DNA of 32,000 bases, from positions 82,687-114,686 of the forward strand of contig JBHLKY010000013.1 of the NCBI GenBank assembly GCA_048886185.1, in the 5' to 3' direction. Every line of letters begins with the position of its first letter. The stretch's first letter is position 1. The DNA is from Candidatus Hermodarchaeota archaeon. GTDB lineage: Archaea; Asgardarchaeota; Heimdallarchaeia; Hodarchaeales; Hodarchaeaceae. Of the stretch, positions 1 through 8,986 are shown piece after piece. The notes beneath the pieces are model-generated. The model searched no databases and had not been told where the DNA came from. It was given only the letters and a program-made list of their open reading frames with translations. The translations under genes and the position numbers were made by a program.

Positions 1-67
1 TATAAGCTTTTATGTCAACAAAGGTAGTTCTCATTATGCCTCTGTATTTTCTAAAATGAAACATCAT
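1..67 (-). CDS. ABC-2 family exporter permease (second permease), 5' part only; runs off the window edge
   Basis: ATG at 67 (or 64) is preceded by GGAG about 7 nt upstream, just past the stop of the 80..844 permease. It is open to the edge and reads MMFHFRKYRGIMRTTFVDIKAY, resembling the basic 'KY...F...AY' N-terminus of the second permease usually found with this ATPase family. Confidence 0.6.
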   Translation of the reverse strand, partial: MMFHFRKYRGIMRTTFVDIKAY

Positions 68-79
68 ATATTAACTCCA

Positions 80-844
80 TTAATTTGATGCACTCTCGTA
101 ACGGTGTCTTCCAAATCTCCAAACCATTAAAAAAGCAATTAACCAAAAAATGGTAAGTGGAATCTGGAATATCAATATACCAAGCGCTGATATGATATCT
201 ATGTGTTCTAATAATACCACTGCGGGGAAAGCACTGATGAAAGCTACAGGGTATCCAAAAATCAAGATATTTCTAATCCCCCCTGGAAGTGTTGTCGCAG
301 GGATTCGTGAAAAATTATCCTCCAATGAGTCAAAAGCTTGTTGGATAAACTCTGCACGTCCAATGAGGAACCCTGCGAGAGAAGAAATTGTACCATATAA
401 TAAGTAAAGGCATGTCATTCCAAAAAGTAGAATTGTGAAAGCAATCAGAATGTTAAATAACGAATATTGAATTCTATATAGAAGACTAACAACAATTAAT
501 AAAATTGTAGATGTACCAAGAAACGCCCCTCCACCAACCCAAACTTCCTCAAATAAAATTCCTAAGAGAGGATGGCGTAAGGGTCGACAAAGCCAGCGTT
601 CAATTTCTCCCTCAATTATCTTCTGTGGCATAGCCCAGACTCCCGTAAAGAAAAATGAAGCAATCCCCCAGCAGAAGTATCCTATGGCAGAAAATATGAG
701 AATATCTGGGAGTAACCAACCTTCAAAAGACTGGTCAACAAGTACAACTTGCCAAAAAATGAAAAATGACAGAATTGTCACCGTCGCCTCAAGGAATCCT
801 CCAACAAGAATTGAAGGGAATTGGTAAATTAGTTTATAAGACAT
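80..844 (-). CDS. ABC-2 family exporter permease (DUF990/COG3694-like); true start possibly at 880-883 (non-canonical)
   Basis: About six hydrophobic TM segments and a 'GEIERWLCRP' motif (family G.LD..L.RP). It lies directly downstream of the ABC ATPase. Confidence 0.85.
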   Translation of the reverse strand: MSYKLIYQFPSILVGGFLEATVTILSFFIFWQVVLVDQSFEGWLLPDILIFSAIGYFCWGIASFFFTGVWAMPQKIIEGEIERWLCRPLRHPLLGILFEEVWVGGGAFLGTSTILLIVVSLLYRIQYSLFNILIAFTILLFGMTCLYLLYGTISSLAGFLIGRAEFIQQAFDSLEDNFSRIPATTLPGGIRNILIFGYPVAFISAFPAVVLLEHIDIISALGILIFQIPLTIFWLIAFLMVWRFGRHRYESASN

Positions 845-876
845 GATTATGAACCGAGTCTGAATTCGGAAGATTT

Positions 877-1959
877 TCAGGATGGTAGCTCACCTCCTTT
901 TGCTCCATTTGTATAGAGCTCTTCAATAACATCCTCAAGATCAGCATCAGAGATCTGAATGTCAAGAACTCGATCCACAAGCTGCAATAGATTCTGAATG
1001 AGGAAATCAAGATCAATTGCGTCAGTGTTGTATTCAATTCTTATCGAATTATCATCACCATTGAGAATATCGATTGATCCTCCATCTTGGTTAGTAATTT
1101 TGATATTATCTTTGGTTGATAATTTCTGAAGAAAATGGACTAAGGTCGAAACTGGCTTTTCATGAGTTCGGAATGTGAATACTAACTGTTTTTCTTTTCT
1201 TAATACAGTTGCCAATTCTTTTGTTGGTCCGTCAAAGTAGATTTTGCCTTTTAATAGAAGAATAGCTCGAGTACATATTTGTTCGATATCTTTTACATTA
1301 TGGGAACATAAAATGACTGTTGTGCCATCAAGTTCATTACGTTCGTTTATGAATTCCCGAATGCGTCGTGCAGCAACAATATCCAACCCAATAGTTGGTT
1401 CATCAAGAAAAACAATTGAAGGATTATGGATTAATGAAGCAGCTAGCTCACATCGCATACGTTCCCCTAATGATAATCGCCTGGGTTGACGATGAAGGAA
1501 AGGCTTAATTTCTAAGACACTTATGAATTCCGTTAATCGTTTTTCAAAGATTTCCTTATTCAAATCATAAACGTCGCGATATAACCGCAATGATTCCAAG
1601 ACAGGGATATGTCGCCATAACAGAGATCTATGTCCAAAAACAACTCCAAACTGATAAGCAGCGTCATAACGTTCCTTTTGAGGATTAAAGCCATTAATAG
1701 TTGCTTTTCCTTTATCTGATTGTATGATTCCTGTTAAAATCTTAATAATGGTACTTTTTCCAGCCCCATTAGGCCCGAGAATTGTTACTTTCTCGCCTGG
1801 TTCAACCCTGAATGACACGTCATCGAGAGCCTTAACTTTTTGATAGTCACGTTTGATGAATGCCCGTAATCGCGAAGTAAATGATGTTTGCTCCGCTGAT
1901 AATCGTTTGTAGACCTTTTCTAGTTGAATAGCCTCGACTGACAATAAAATCCCCAACAA
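877..1959 (-). CDS. ABC transporter ATP-binding protein (COG4586-like, ABC-2 exporter)
   Basis: Walker A GPNGAGKST, signature LSLGERM, Walker B IVFLDEPT and H-loop SHN are present. TTG start at 1959 or 1956 with GAGGT upstream. Confidence 0.95.
   Translation of the reverse strand: MLGILLSVEAIQLEKVYKRLSAEQTSFTSRLRAFIKRDYQKVKALDDVSFRVEPGEKVTILGPNGAGKSTIIKILTGIIQSDKGKATINGFNPQKERYDAAYQFGVVFGHRSLLWRHIPVLESLRLYRDVYDLNKEIFEKRLTEFISVLEIKPFLHRQPRRLSLGERMRCELAASLIHNPSIVFLDEPTIGLDIVAARRIREFINERNELDGTTVILCSHNVKDIEQICTRAILLLKGKIYFDGPTKELATVLRKEKQLVFTFRTHEKPVSTLVHFLQKLSTKDNIKITNQDGGSIDILNGDDNSIRIEYNTDAIDLDFLIQNLLQLVDRVLDIQISDADLEDVIEELYTNGAKGGELPS
890..897 (-). promoter_or_regulatory. Perfect archaeal Shine-Dalgarno GGAGGTGA inside the 3' end of the ATPase gene
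   Basis: The + strand tcacctcc at 890-897 reads GGAGGTGA on the - strand. It lies 6 nt before an in-frame ATC and 9 nt before an in-frame CTG of the permease frame. Confidence 0.55.
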
Positions 1960-2064
1960 TATACCTCAAGGTTGATCAATTTCGAATAGAAATCATTTGT
2001 TTATTAATACTCATTGAATTTGGCAATGGATTTAAAATAGGCTTGAAAGAGAAAACAAGGATCG

Positions 2065-2766
2065 ATGCCTCGAGAAAAAATTGTAAGACATACTGGTCGT
2101 GAGTTTCATCGTTATACTGAAGATGAATGGAGTCTTCTTAAAAAATTTCGGAAACATGCGATTCATATTTTGGATATTTTGGAACAAACCAAGATCAAAG
2201 GGTTTGTACACGGATCTGTAGCGAGAGGTGATATTAATGATACATCAGATATTGATATTCATATTCCTATTCAAATCCCATCCTTTAAATTAGATCTCAT
2301 CGATGACCTTCAATTCATTGATCGCCGGATTATAATGGGTACACCGAACTCTACTATTCGAGGAATATTATCAACACATGATGAAATCACTATTAGTTTC
2401 CCTCTAACCATTCCTAATGAGAGAGAAGATGAATTTTTCCGTTTCTCTGGTTTACTCTATTCTGATGATCTTAAAATGGATCGAAGAGTAGCTGGTGTTA
2501 CGAAACAATTGTTACTCATTGAGCCAGAGGAAGAAGGTTATTGGCTTTCTTCGATTATTAAGTATAAAAGTAAAGCAATCCGAATATTATCTATCTCTCA
2601 AAGAATAATCGAAGAAAGAATTCGTGTACTTGACAGAAGAGACCAAATTGGACGAACAGGTATGTTTTTGGATCACACTTTAGCCCCAAATGAGAATTTT
2701 GAGCATGTATTGAAATCATTAGCCGATAAAAACGTAATAGTAAGAAGAATGGTAAAAAGAAAATAA
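2065..2766 (+). CDS. Pol-beta-superfamily nucleotidyltransferase domain protein (archaeal COG2413-like)
   Basis: Motif HGSVARGDINDTSDIDI matches hG[GS]x9-13DhD. The N-terminal 'RYTEDEWSLLKKFR' segment is typical of the archaeal family. Confidence 0.85.
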   Translation: MPREKIVRHTGREFHRYTEDEWSLLKKFRKHAIHILDILEQTKIKGFVHGSVARGDINDTSDIDIHIPIQIPSFKLDLIDDLQFIDRRIIMGTPNSTIRGILSTHDEITISFPLTIPNEREDEFFRFSGLLYSDDLKMDRRVAGVTKQLLLIEPEEEGYWLSSIIKYKSKAIRILSISQRIIEERIRVLDRRDQIGRTGMFLDHTLAPNENFEHVLKSLADKNVIVRRMVKRK

Positions 2767-2786
2767 GATTTTACACCTGATGTACC

Positions 2787-3620
2787 ATGGAAGACTTAAA
2801 ATCAATTGATAGACGCTATCTATTGCGAAAGTACAATAATTCAAGAATACTGCTGATTTCTGATCTCCACTTAGGTTTTGAAGCAGAATGGTTTAGTAAA
2901 GGGTTGAATGTAAGGGAACCTGGTTGGTCGTTTAAGATCATCAATCAATTAAGAGAAGATCTTGAAGTAACTCTTCCCAATCATTTAATAATATTGGGGG
3001 ATCTAGAACACAGCTTCGTTCATTTTAGGAGTATGAGGAAAAAAGATGAACCTTGGGTCTCCAATAAATGGTTGAGAGAAAAAGCACTACATTATTTTAT
3101 GGAGCAGATTGTTGGGATTGACGGGTTGAAAATTACACTTATACGAGGGAATCAAGATACCTCCTTTGTACAACCTTTAATGGAAAAAGTTGAGATATTT
3201 CCACAAAAAGAAGCATTAATACATGGCCAACTAGGGGTCTTTCACGGACATATGAAACCTAATGAAAGTGTTTTATTGTCTTCCGAAATAATGTTGGGAC
3301 ATGTTCACCCTGCAATTGAACTCATTGATGAGCTAAAGATTGGTCATAAGTTTCCTGTTTTTGCTAAATTAACAATTTCGAGGGAGGAAGTGTTTAAGCT
3401 TTTTAATTTAGAATTAGAGAGAATTGGATTAATGGAACAAATTCCAATCACTATCCTCCCAGCCTATAATAAATTTCTAAGTGGTTTCATTCTTAATGAA
3501 TCCAGAAAGAAAACAGCAAGATATAAGTCCTTTTCTGTATTATGGAATTTAATCCACCATCCGAAACTTAGGATTTTCTTAACAAATGGTGTTGATTTAG
3601 GTTATTTAGAAGATCTCTAA
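2787..3620 (+). CDS. Calcineurin-like metallophosphoesterase (COG1407/MPE-like, Lhr-associated)
   Basis: Motifs ISDLHLG, LGDLEH, RGNQD (canonical GNHD), FHGH, GHVHP and ILPAYN are present. The gene is adjacent to Lhr. Confidence 0.85.
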   Translation: MEDLKSIDRRYLLRKYNNSRILLISDLHLGFEAEWFSKGLNVREPGWSFKIINQLREDLEVTLPNHLIILGDLEHSFVHFRSMRKKDEPWVSNKWLREKALHYFMEQIVGIDGLKITLIRGNQDTSFVQPLMEKVEIFPQKEALIHGQLGVFHGHMKPNESVLLSSEIMLGHVHPAIELIDELKIGHKFPVFAKLTISREEVFKLFNLELERIGLMEQIPITILPAYNKFLSGFILNESRKKTARYKSFSVLWNLIHHPKLRIFLTNGVDLGYLEDL

Positions 3621-3643
3621 TTGAACTGTAATCAGTATCCTTC

Positions 3644-6463
3644 TCAATCCCAGTATTCGCGGGTACGTGCAAAATCTGCTTCGTGTTTGTATATTAATGC
3701 CAAAAGATCTTCCGAATCTTTCTGAGGTGCTCTGAGAATTCTGACCGCAGTAGTTGGACCAATACCTCGTCCCGCTAAAACGAAAGCAGCTTTCTTTCCA
3801 AAAGATAATATTAAATCGGCCGACTTCTTTGCAGTATTCAGTGTTTTTTTCTCCTCTCGGGATAATTTTTTATTGTTTGTGATAGATTTCTTTAATAATC
3901 CTTTAATTCCTGTTTTATTTTGATGAGTGACCGCTATAAAGCGAGAGCTACATTTAGGACACTGAATGTCTTCCTTTAAACTTTCTACGCGCTGCACTTT
4001 CTCGAATTTGCAATCAGGTCGCATACATACTAATCTAATCCAAGTATTTCTGATTCTTTTCTCCACCTTCTCAAGAATAATGTGTGAAGGTCTAATTTTT
4101 AGAACATTCAAAGAGATTGGCTGGGTTGCTGCAAATGAAAGCGGTGTTTCAAATCGCTTGACAGGGATTTCTTCAATGGTTATTATTCCCTTGTGGAGTT
4201 GATTGAAGAATTCAACTACGGCGTCAACGTCCATTTTTTCAAAAAGGATTTCATTAATAGTCTCTTCCCCAATGATCGTATCCTGATAACGTGAGACTAT
4301 TAACCTTGTCATCATTGGCGAACTTTCTGCATCTTCAGAAATAGCTCCAAATCGCTTAGCTACCTGACGAATACGCCATGCGAATAAGTCGCTGTTACCA
4401 ATTCTATGTTTCAATAGGGGGGGAATGTGTTCCGCTTCAATTGAATCGAGAATTTGTTTCAAATCTGCGGGCCGTGGTAAAGAAAGAAAAATCGAATAAG
4501 GATCAGATCGAAATTCTACAGAATGTCCTTGTTTTGCGCCAATAATAGAAGAAACTAGTAATGCTAGAGTTTCATTACCTTTTGACCCTAGGAAACTATG
4601 AATCACTAATTGCCTTCCTGCTGTTTCAACCAAAATCTTATTCTTTGTAGGGACAATTCCTAATTTTTTATGGTCTTCGATAATCTTGAGTAATTCCCTT
4701 TTTATCGGAGATGGTTTCATCTCATTAAGGGAATTATATTCAAAAAATCTTTTTGCTGATTCCGTAACCATCTGAGAAACTGGAATTAACTCTCCTTCCC
4801 ATGTAGGTATTGCTGCTTCTGTTAATCCTTTTACCTGTCGAACCTCAATTCGATCTTCTTTTTGAGCTAAAAATTCCCACGGAAGGCCATTTAGAATAAA
4901 AATTGCCCCTTTCTCCCCTCTAGTTGATACAAAAGCTTCGTCTAAGTGTCCGACCCTACTTTGTCTTCCTATATCAATAACCACATAATTTTTTTTAGTT
5001 GGAATGCTACTCAGGTTTGTATAATAATATTGATAGGCTTTTCGTTTAGCTTTTAAAGAGATAATTCCTGTGTCTGGATCCTTATTTATATAAAAGAAGT
5101 TATTCTCTCGACCAAAATTTAATAGCGGTAATAGATCTTGAGAAGAGAACTCATTAAATGCAAATGTATTTCTAATTATTTTCATTATAGTATTTATTTT
5201 TGTTTCGCCAAAGTCTAATAAAATTCCTATAATACTATGAAAGAGAATATCTAACGCATAAGGATGTAAATTAGTTGGTTCAACTATCTCCTTCCAAACA
5301 CATTGTTGGATTGTATATGATTCTAAAAGGTCTCGTGGAGTCTCCGTAATAATTATTCCTCGACTTGTACGATCTAAACCATGTCCTGCTCTTCCTACTC
5401 TTTGAATTAGAGTCTCTATTCTTCTAGGACTCATATATTGAATTACTAAATTAACTGCTCCGATATCAATTCCCAGTTCAAGGGAAGAGGTAGCAATAAT
5501 TAGTTCTAAGTTTCCTTCTCTTACTTCTGTCTCCGCTTTTAATCGATATTGAGCTGAGAGGCTTGAATGATGGACCTCGAAGTTGATTCGATCCTCCTTT
5601 TCAACATTTTCATTATAACGATTGAATCGATATCCAAGAATCTCTGCTTGCTGGCGTGTATTAGTAAAAAGTAACACTGTTCCTGATTCTCTTTTTATAA
5701 TTTCAACAATTCTAAAAAATCGTGCTGCTGCTTCTTCAGTGGTTTGTAGTGTTTTTGTGAATTCATGAAGAGTTGGAGATAACTTTGTTGGGAATTCAAC
5801 TGTAAGTTGTAACTGTTTTAAAGATGGAATTTCAACAATCTTACGATTAGTACTATTTTGTGCAAGAAAATCCAGTACCCTTTCAGGATTCCCCAGAGTT
5901 GCTGAAAGGCCTATTCTCTGGATTCTTCTTTCTGTTCGAATTGAAAGACGTTCCAGGGCAAGGGAAAGTTGAACTCCTCTTTTAGTTTCAACTAATTCAT
6001 GGATTTCATCAATAACTACTGTTTGAACATTTTTAAGATGTTTTCGTCCAAGAATTTTCGCAGGTAATAATGCTTGAAACAATTCAGGAGTCATGATTAA
6101 AATTTGTGGAGGATTTTTGGTTTGTCTTCTTCTTTCTGCGCTTGTAGTGTCTCCATGACGTACAGCTATAGATACTCCCAGTTTTTCTCCCAATGATGGC
6201 AATACTCGACGAAAAATATCTCGATTTAGGGCTTTTAAAGGAGTGATTACGATGGTACCAAGTGGTAATGATTTTTCAGTAAGAATTCGATGGAAACAAG
6301 CGATCATAGTACCGAAGGTTTTTCCCGATCCAGTACTCGCAACAACTAAAACGTCATCCTGAGCGATGATAGCTTCAAGATATTCCATTTGGCCAGGAGT
6401 TGGTGAGAGACCGAGTTCATCTAAAACCTTTTGAAGCCGAGGATTTAAAATATCGAAGGACAC
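3644..6463 (-). CDS. lhr: Lhr-family SF2 ATP-dependent helicase with C-terminal Zn-finger
   Basis: Motifs STGSGKT, TPLKALNRD, RHGDT, TPE, DEIHE, GLSAT, HHSSLS, ATSSLELGIDIG and QRVGRAGH are present, plus the domain-4 IPTWEGE signature Trp and C-terminal CMRPDC...CPKC. GTG start. Confidence 0.95.
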   Translation of the reverse strand: MSFDILNPRLQKVLDELGLSPTPGQMEYLEAIIAQDDVLVVASTGSGKTFGTMIACFHRILTEKSLPLGTIVITPLKALNRDIFRRVLPSLGEKLGVSIAVRHGDTTSAERRRQTKNPPQILIMTPELFQALLPAKILGRKHLKNVQTVVIDEIHELVETKRGVQLSLALERLSIRTERRIQRIGLSATLGNPERVLDFLAQNSTNRKIVEIPSLKQLQLTVEFPTKLSPTLHEFTKTLQTTEEAAARFFRIVEIIKRESGTVLLFTNTRQQAEILGYRFNRYNENVEKEDRINFEVHHSSLSAQYRLKAETEVREGNLELIIATSSLELGIDIGAVNLVIQYMSPRRIETLIQRVGRAGHGLDRTSRGIIITETPRDLLESYTIQQCVWKEIVEPTNLHPYALDILFHSIIGILLDFGETKINTIMKIIRNTFAFNEFSSQDLLPLLNFGRENNFFYINKDPDTGIISLKAKRKAYQYYYTNLSSIPTKKNYVVIDIGRQSRVGHLDEAFVSTRGEKGAIFILNGLPWEFLAQKEDRIEVRQVKGLTEAAIPTWEGELIPVSQMVTESAKRFFEYNSLNEMKPSPIKRELLKIIEDHKKLGIVPTKNKILVETAGRQLVIHSFLGSKGNETLALLVSSIIGAKQGHSVEFRSDPYSIFLSLPRPADLKQILDSIEAEHIPPLLKHRIGNSDLFAWRIRQVAKRFGAISEDAESSPMMTRLIVSRYQDTIIGEETINEILFEKMDVDAVVEFFNQLHKGIITIEEIPVKRFETPLSFAATQPISLNVLKIRPSHIILEKVEKRIRNTWIRLVCMRPDCKFEKVQRVESLKEDIQCPKCSSRFIAVTHQNKTGIKGLLKKSITNNKKLSREEKKTLNTAKKSADLILSFGKKAAFVLAGRGIGPTTAVRILRAPQKDSEDLLALIYKHEADFARTREYWD

Positions 6464-6506
6464 GAAACATAATCATCCTTTTATCTGAAAAACAAAAAAA
6501 AAGACG

Positions 6507-6514
6507 CTTATAAA
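6507..6514 (-). promoter_or_regulatory. Candidate TATA box for lhr
   Basis: Reads TTTATAAG on the - strand, about 45 nt upstream of the GTG start. Confidence 0.35.
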
Positions 6515-6949
6515 TGGTCAAACACTATCAATTATACGATATCGAATTATATATTCAATTCTTTCTGATGAGTAATTTATGTATGAAAACAGTCTAAATC
6601 TAAGAAAAAGCAAAATTTTCTTTCGTACAACTTTTGATATATCATTTACTCATTAATCACACTATTTAAGGGGTGATAGCTAACAATTTCTACTTATCTG
6701 GAATTTAAAACACAGAAATAATGAGTATTCAAGTATATTGAAATTCGAATACTTAATAAAATATCTTTAACCATTAACCATATTCTTAAAAAAAAATGAA
6801 ACTTTTATTTAAATAGTAGTTTTTTTTAAAAAATGTCACTTTTCTTAACTCACATTACGACAAAACTAAGTAGAAATGAACTGTTTTAATTCTAGGAATC
6901 ATTTACAATTATTATTAATATATGAAATCTTATTTTATGGTGTTGCATC

Positions 6950-7876
6950 TTGCAAGAACTTGATATCAGTAAAAATGTAGAGAAGATTTCAAAAAGAATT
7001 ATTCATTTTATTGAAACCTCCAAAGAAGAACGAGGAGTTGAAGGGGTACTAGTTCTGTTTTCTGGATATATGGACTCTACTGTCGTTTCTAAGTTAACAT
7101 TAGAAGCATTAAGTCATGATAATGTAAAATTACTTATTCGTGCTAACAGATATTTTGAACAACAGGACGATATTCTTAAAGCTTCAATTGAATTTTTAGG
7201 AGTCTCGGAAAAAGATATTCTGCGATGTGACATAGAACCAATGCTTAGGAATTTTGGATCAAAAGATCTTATACCTGGCTCTCTTAGAGATATTCCTTCA
7301 CTCTACCAGCCTTTAAGCTATTCGTTGTTGAAGAGTACTGCTAAGAAGGAAATTGAGGGGAAAACTTATGAAATGGTAGGAGAAACAAGCTCTGAGAGAG
7401 AAAGGTGGATTAATAAGACTATAGCTCATAATAAACTTCGATCTCGGTTGCAAATGGCTGTTGCATACTTTTTAGCAGAAACAGAAAATCTCTATCTTGT
7501 TGGTACAATAAATAAAACTGAACTTTCAACAGGCCTATTTACAAAATGGGGACATGGACATTGTGCTGATTTAATGCCTCTTGGAAATCTTTATCGGTCT
7601 CAAATTCTACAACTAGCAGAATATCTTCAAATTCCAGAATCTATCAAAAATCTGTCAAAAGCTGATCTGATGCCTGGCGTGAAAAATAAATACATGTATT
7701 TTTTTGACCTTCCAGCTTTCGATGTTGATAGAATTTTGATTCGTCTTGAACAGGGCATTTCTACAACAGATATAAGTAGTGCTATTGGTGTACCAATTGA
7801 TTTAATAGAAAGAATTAATACGTACTACAATTCTGCTGCTTACACAAGGCAGGCTCCCCTCATACCCAAGTTCTGA
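6950..7876 (+). CDS. nadE: NH3-dependent NAD+ synthetase (NadE)-like protein with strongly diverged catalytic motifs
   Basis: NadE motif order is preserved: SGYMDS (PP-loop SGGxDS), KLRSRLQM, GTINKTE, FTKWGHG, PLGNLYRSQ, ADLMPG. TTG start with GGTG upstream. Confidence 0.8.
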   Translation: MQELDISKNVEKISKRIIHFIETSKEERGVEGVLVLFSGYMDSTVVSKLTLEALSHDNVKLLIRANRYFEQQDDILKASIEFLGVSEKDILRCDIEPMLRNFGSKDLIPGSLRDIPSLYQPLSYSLLKSTAKKEIEGKTYEMVGETSSERERWINKTIAHNKLRSRLQMAVAYFLAETENLYLVGTINKTELSTGLFTKWGHGHCADLMPLGNLYRSQILQLAEYLQIPESIKNLSKADLMPGVKNKYMYFFDLPAFDVDRILIRLEQGISTTDISSAIGVPIDLIERINTYYNSAAYTRQAPLIPKF

Positions 7877-7925
7877 CGTCGTACTTGAGTTATATGTAGA
7901 ATTAAGTTTCATGAAGAAGACTGGT

Positions 7926-8093
7926 TTATAAATAATCTACTAGAGGGGCGTTAATATTAAATTCTGAAATGATTTCTTGGATTATGAATGAAATCGGCTT
8001 TTTCTGAGCAATTCTTCCTTGGGGAGGTCTTGGAATTTTGTTATCCACCAGGATAATCTTAATATAGTCAATCATTTCCATGTTGCGGAACAT
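7926..8093 (-). CDS. Possible 55-aa small protein coupled to the GNAT gene
   Basis: The ATG overlaps the GNAT stop (TAATG). The ORF reads MFRNMEMIDYIKIILVDNKIPRPPQGRIAQKKPISFIIQEIISEFNINAPLVDYL and fills an otherwise empty gap. No family recognised. Confidence 0.3.
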   Translation of the reverse strand: MFRNMEMIDYIKIILVDNKIPRPPQGRIAQKKPISFIIQEIISEFNINAPLVDYL

Positions 8094-8884
8094 TAATCGT
8101 CATTTCTACAATAAAAAATTGAAACAGGTTTATAGTGAAAGAAACCTATTTTCTTATAGAGATTAATAGCAGGACGGTTATTTTGAGTAACAAATAAGGT
8201 TGCAAAGGATTTTTTCTTTAGGATTTCTCTTGTAATTGTTGAGGCCAAAGTTATCCCCATTGAATTTCGCCGAAACTCAGGCAACACTAAGATATTCCCT
8301 AATTGGGCTGCATCTGAAGTTTCAAAATGCGTTCCTCCACAGGCAATGATTTTATCCTCTAGCTTGTTATAAAAATAGAAATTACTTTCTAATTGGATAG
8401 GATTCCAAGGAAGAGTTTTATTAGATTTATAAAAACTATCTACACAGGAAAAATCTCCTTCTCTTACTTGTTTAAATTTATGACTTGAGAAATGAGGACG
8501 AAATTTGGATTGATTCGAAATCATGCAGTATTCTGAATGCGTTTCCGTAACAGTGAAATAATCGTTCAAATCGCTTTCTTTTAGAATGAAAGAAACTAAC
8601 ATGAACTCCTTTGGAAGAGTTTGATATAGATTGGAGAGAATAATTGCTTCATTGTCTAAAACATTGTTTGGAAGGATAACAGAAGGATTCTCAAAACCTT
8701 GAAAAACAGTGTAAAATGAAATTAAATTATTATTATCAAAAATACCATAGATATCTGTAAGCTTTATGCAGGGAAGAAACAAATCGCCTAAGAGTACGAT
8801 ATTTTCAAAATAATCAGCCTTAGCAATGTCAGTGCACCTATCTATCAAATTTTGATTAGTTTTCGGGATGAGATTGATTTTCAA
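8093..8884 (-). CDS. GNAT family N-acetyltransferase (C-terminal FR47-like domain)
   Basis: C-terminal QLGNILVLPEFRRNSMG (acetyl-CoA-binding motif A) and NNRPAINLYKKIGF (motif B). Confidence 0.85.
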   Translation of the reverse strand: MKINLIPKTNQNLIDRCTDIAKADYFENIVLLGDLFLPCIKLTDIYGIFDNNNLISFYTVFQGFENPSVILPNNVLDNEAIILSNLYQTLPKEFMLVSFILKESDLNDYFTVTETHSEYCMISNQSKFRPHFSSHKFKQVREGDFSCVDSFYKSNKTLPWNPIQLESNFYFYNKLEDKIIACGGTHFETSDAAQLGNILVLPEFRRNSMGITLASTITREILKKKSFATLFVTQNNRPAINLYKKIGFFHYKPVSIFYCRNDD

Positions 8885-8986
8885 CCTAAAACATCCAATA
8901 AATGGTGGTTTGAATGCATTTATGTCCTAATCTCCTAAATTGAAAAACCCTCCTTTTAAAAGAATAATTCAGATAACATCAATATC

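Noticed and set aside
6464-6949. 486-bp very AT-rich spacer as a replication origin or hidden gene
   Set aside because: No ORB-like repeats, no adjacent cdc6/orc1, and only ORFs under about 20 codons. It is best explained as divergent promoters.
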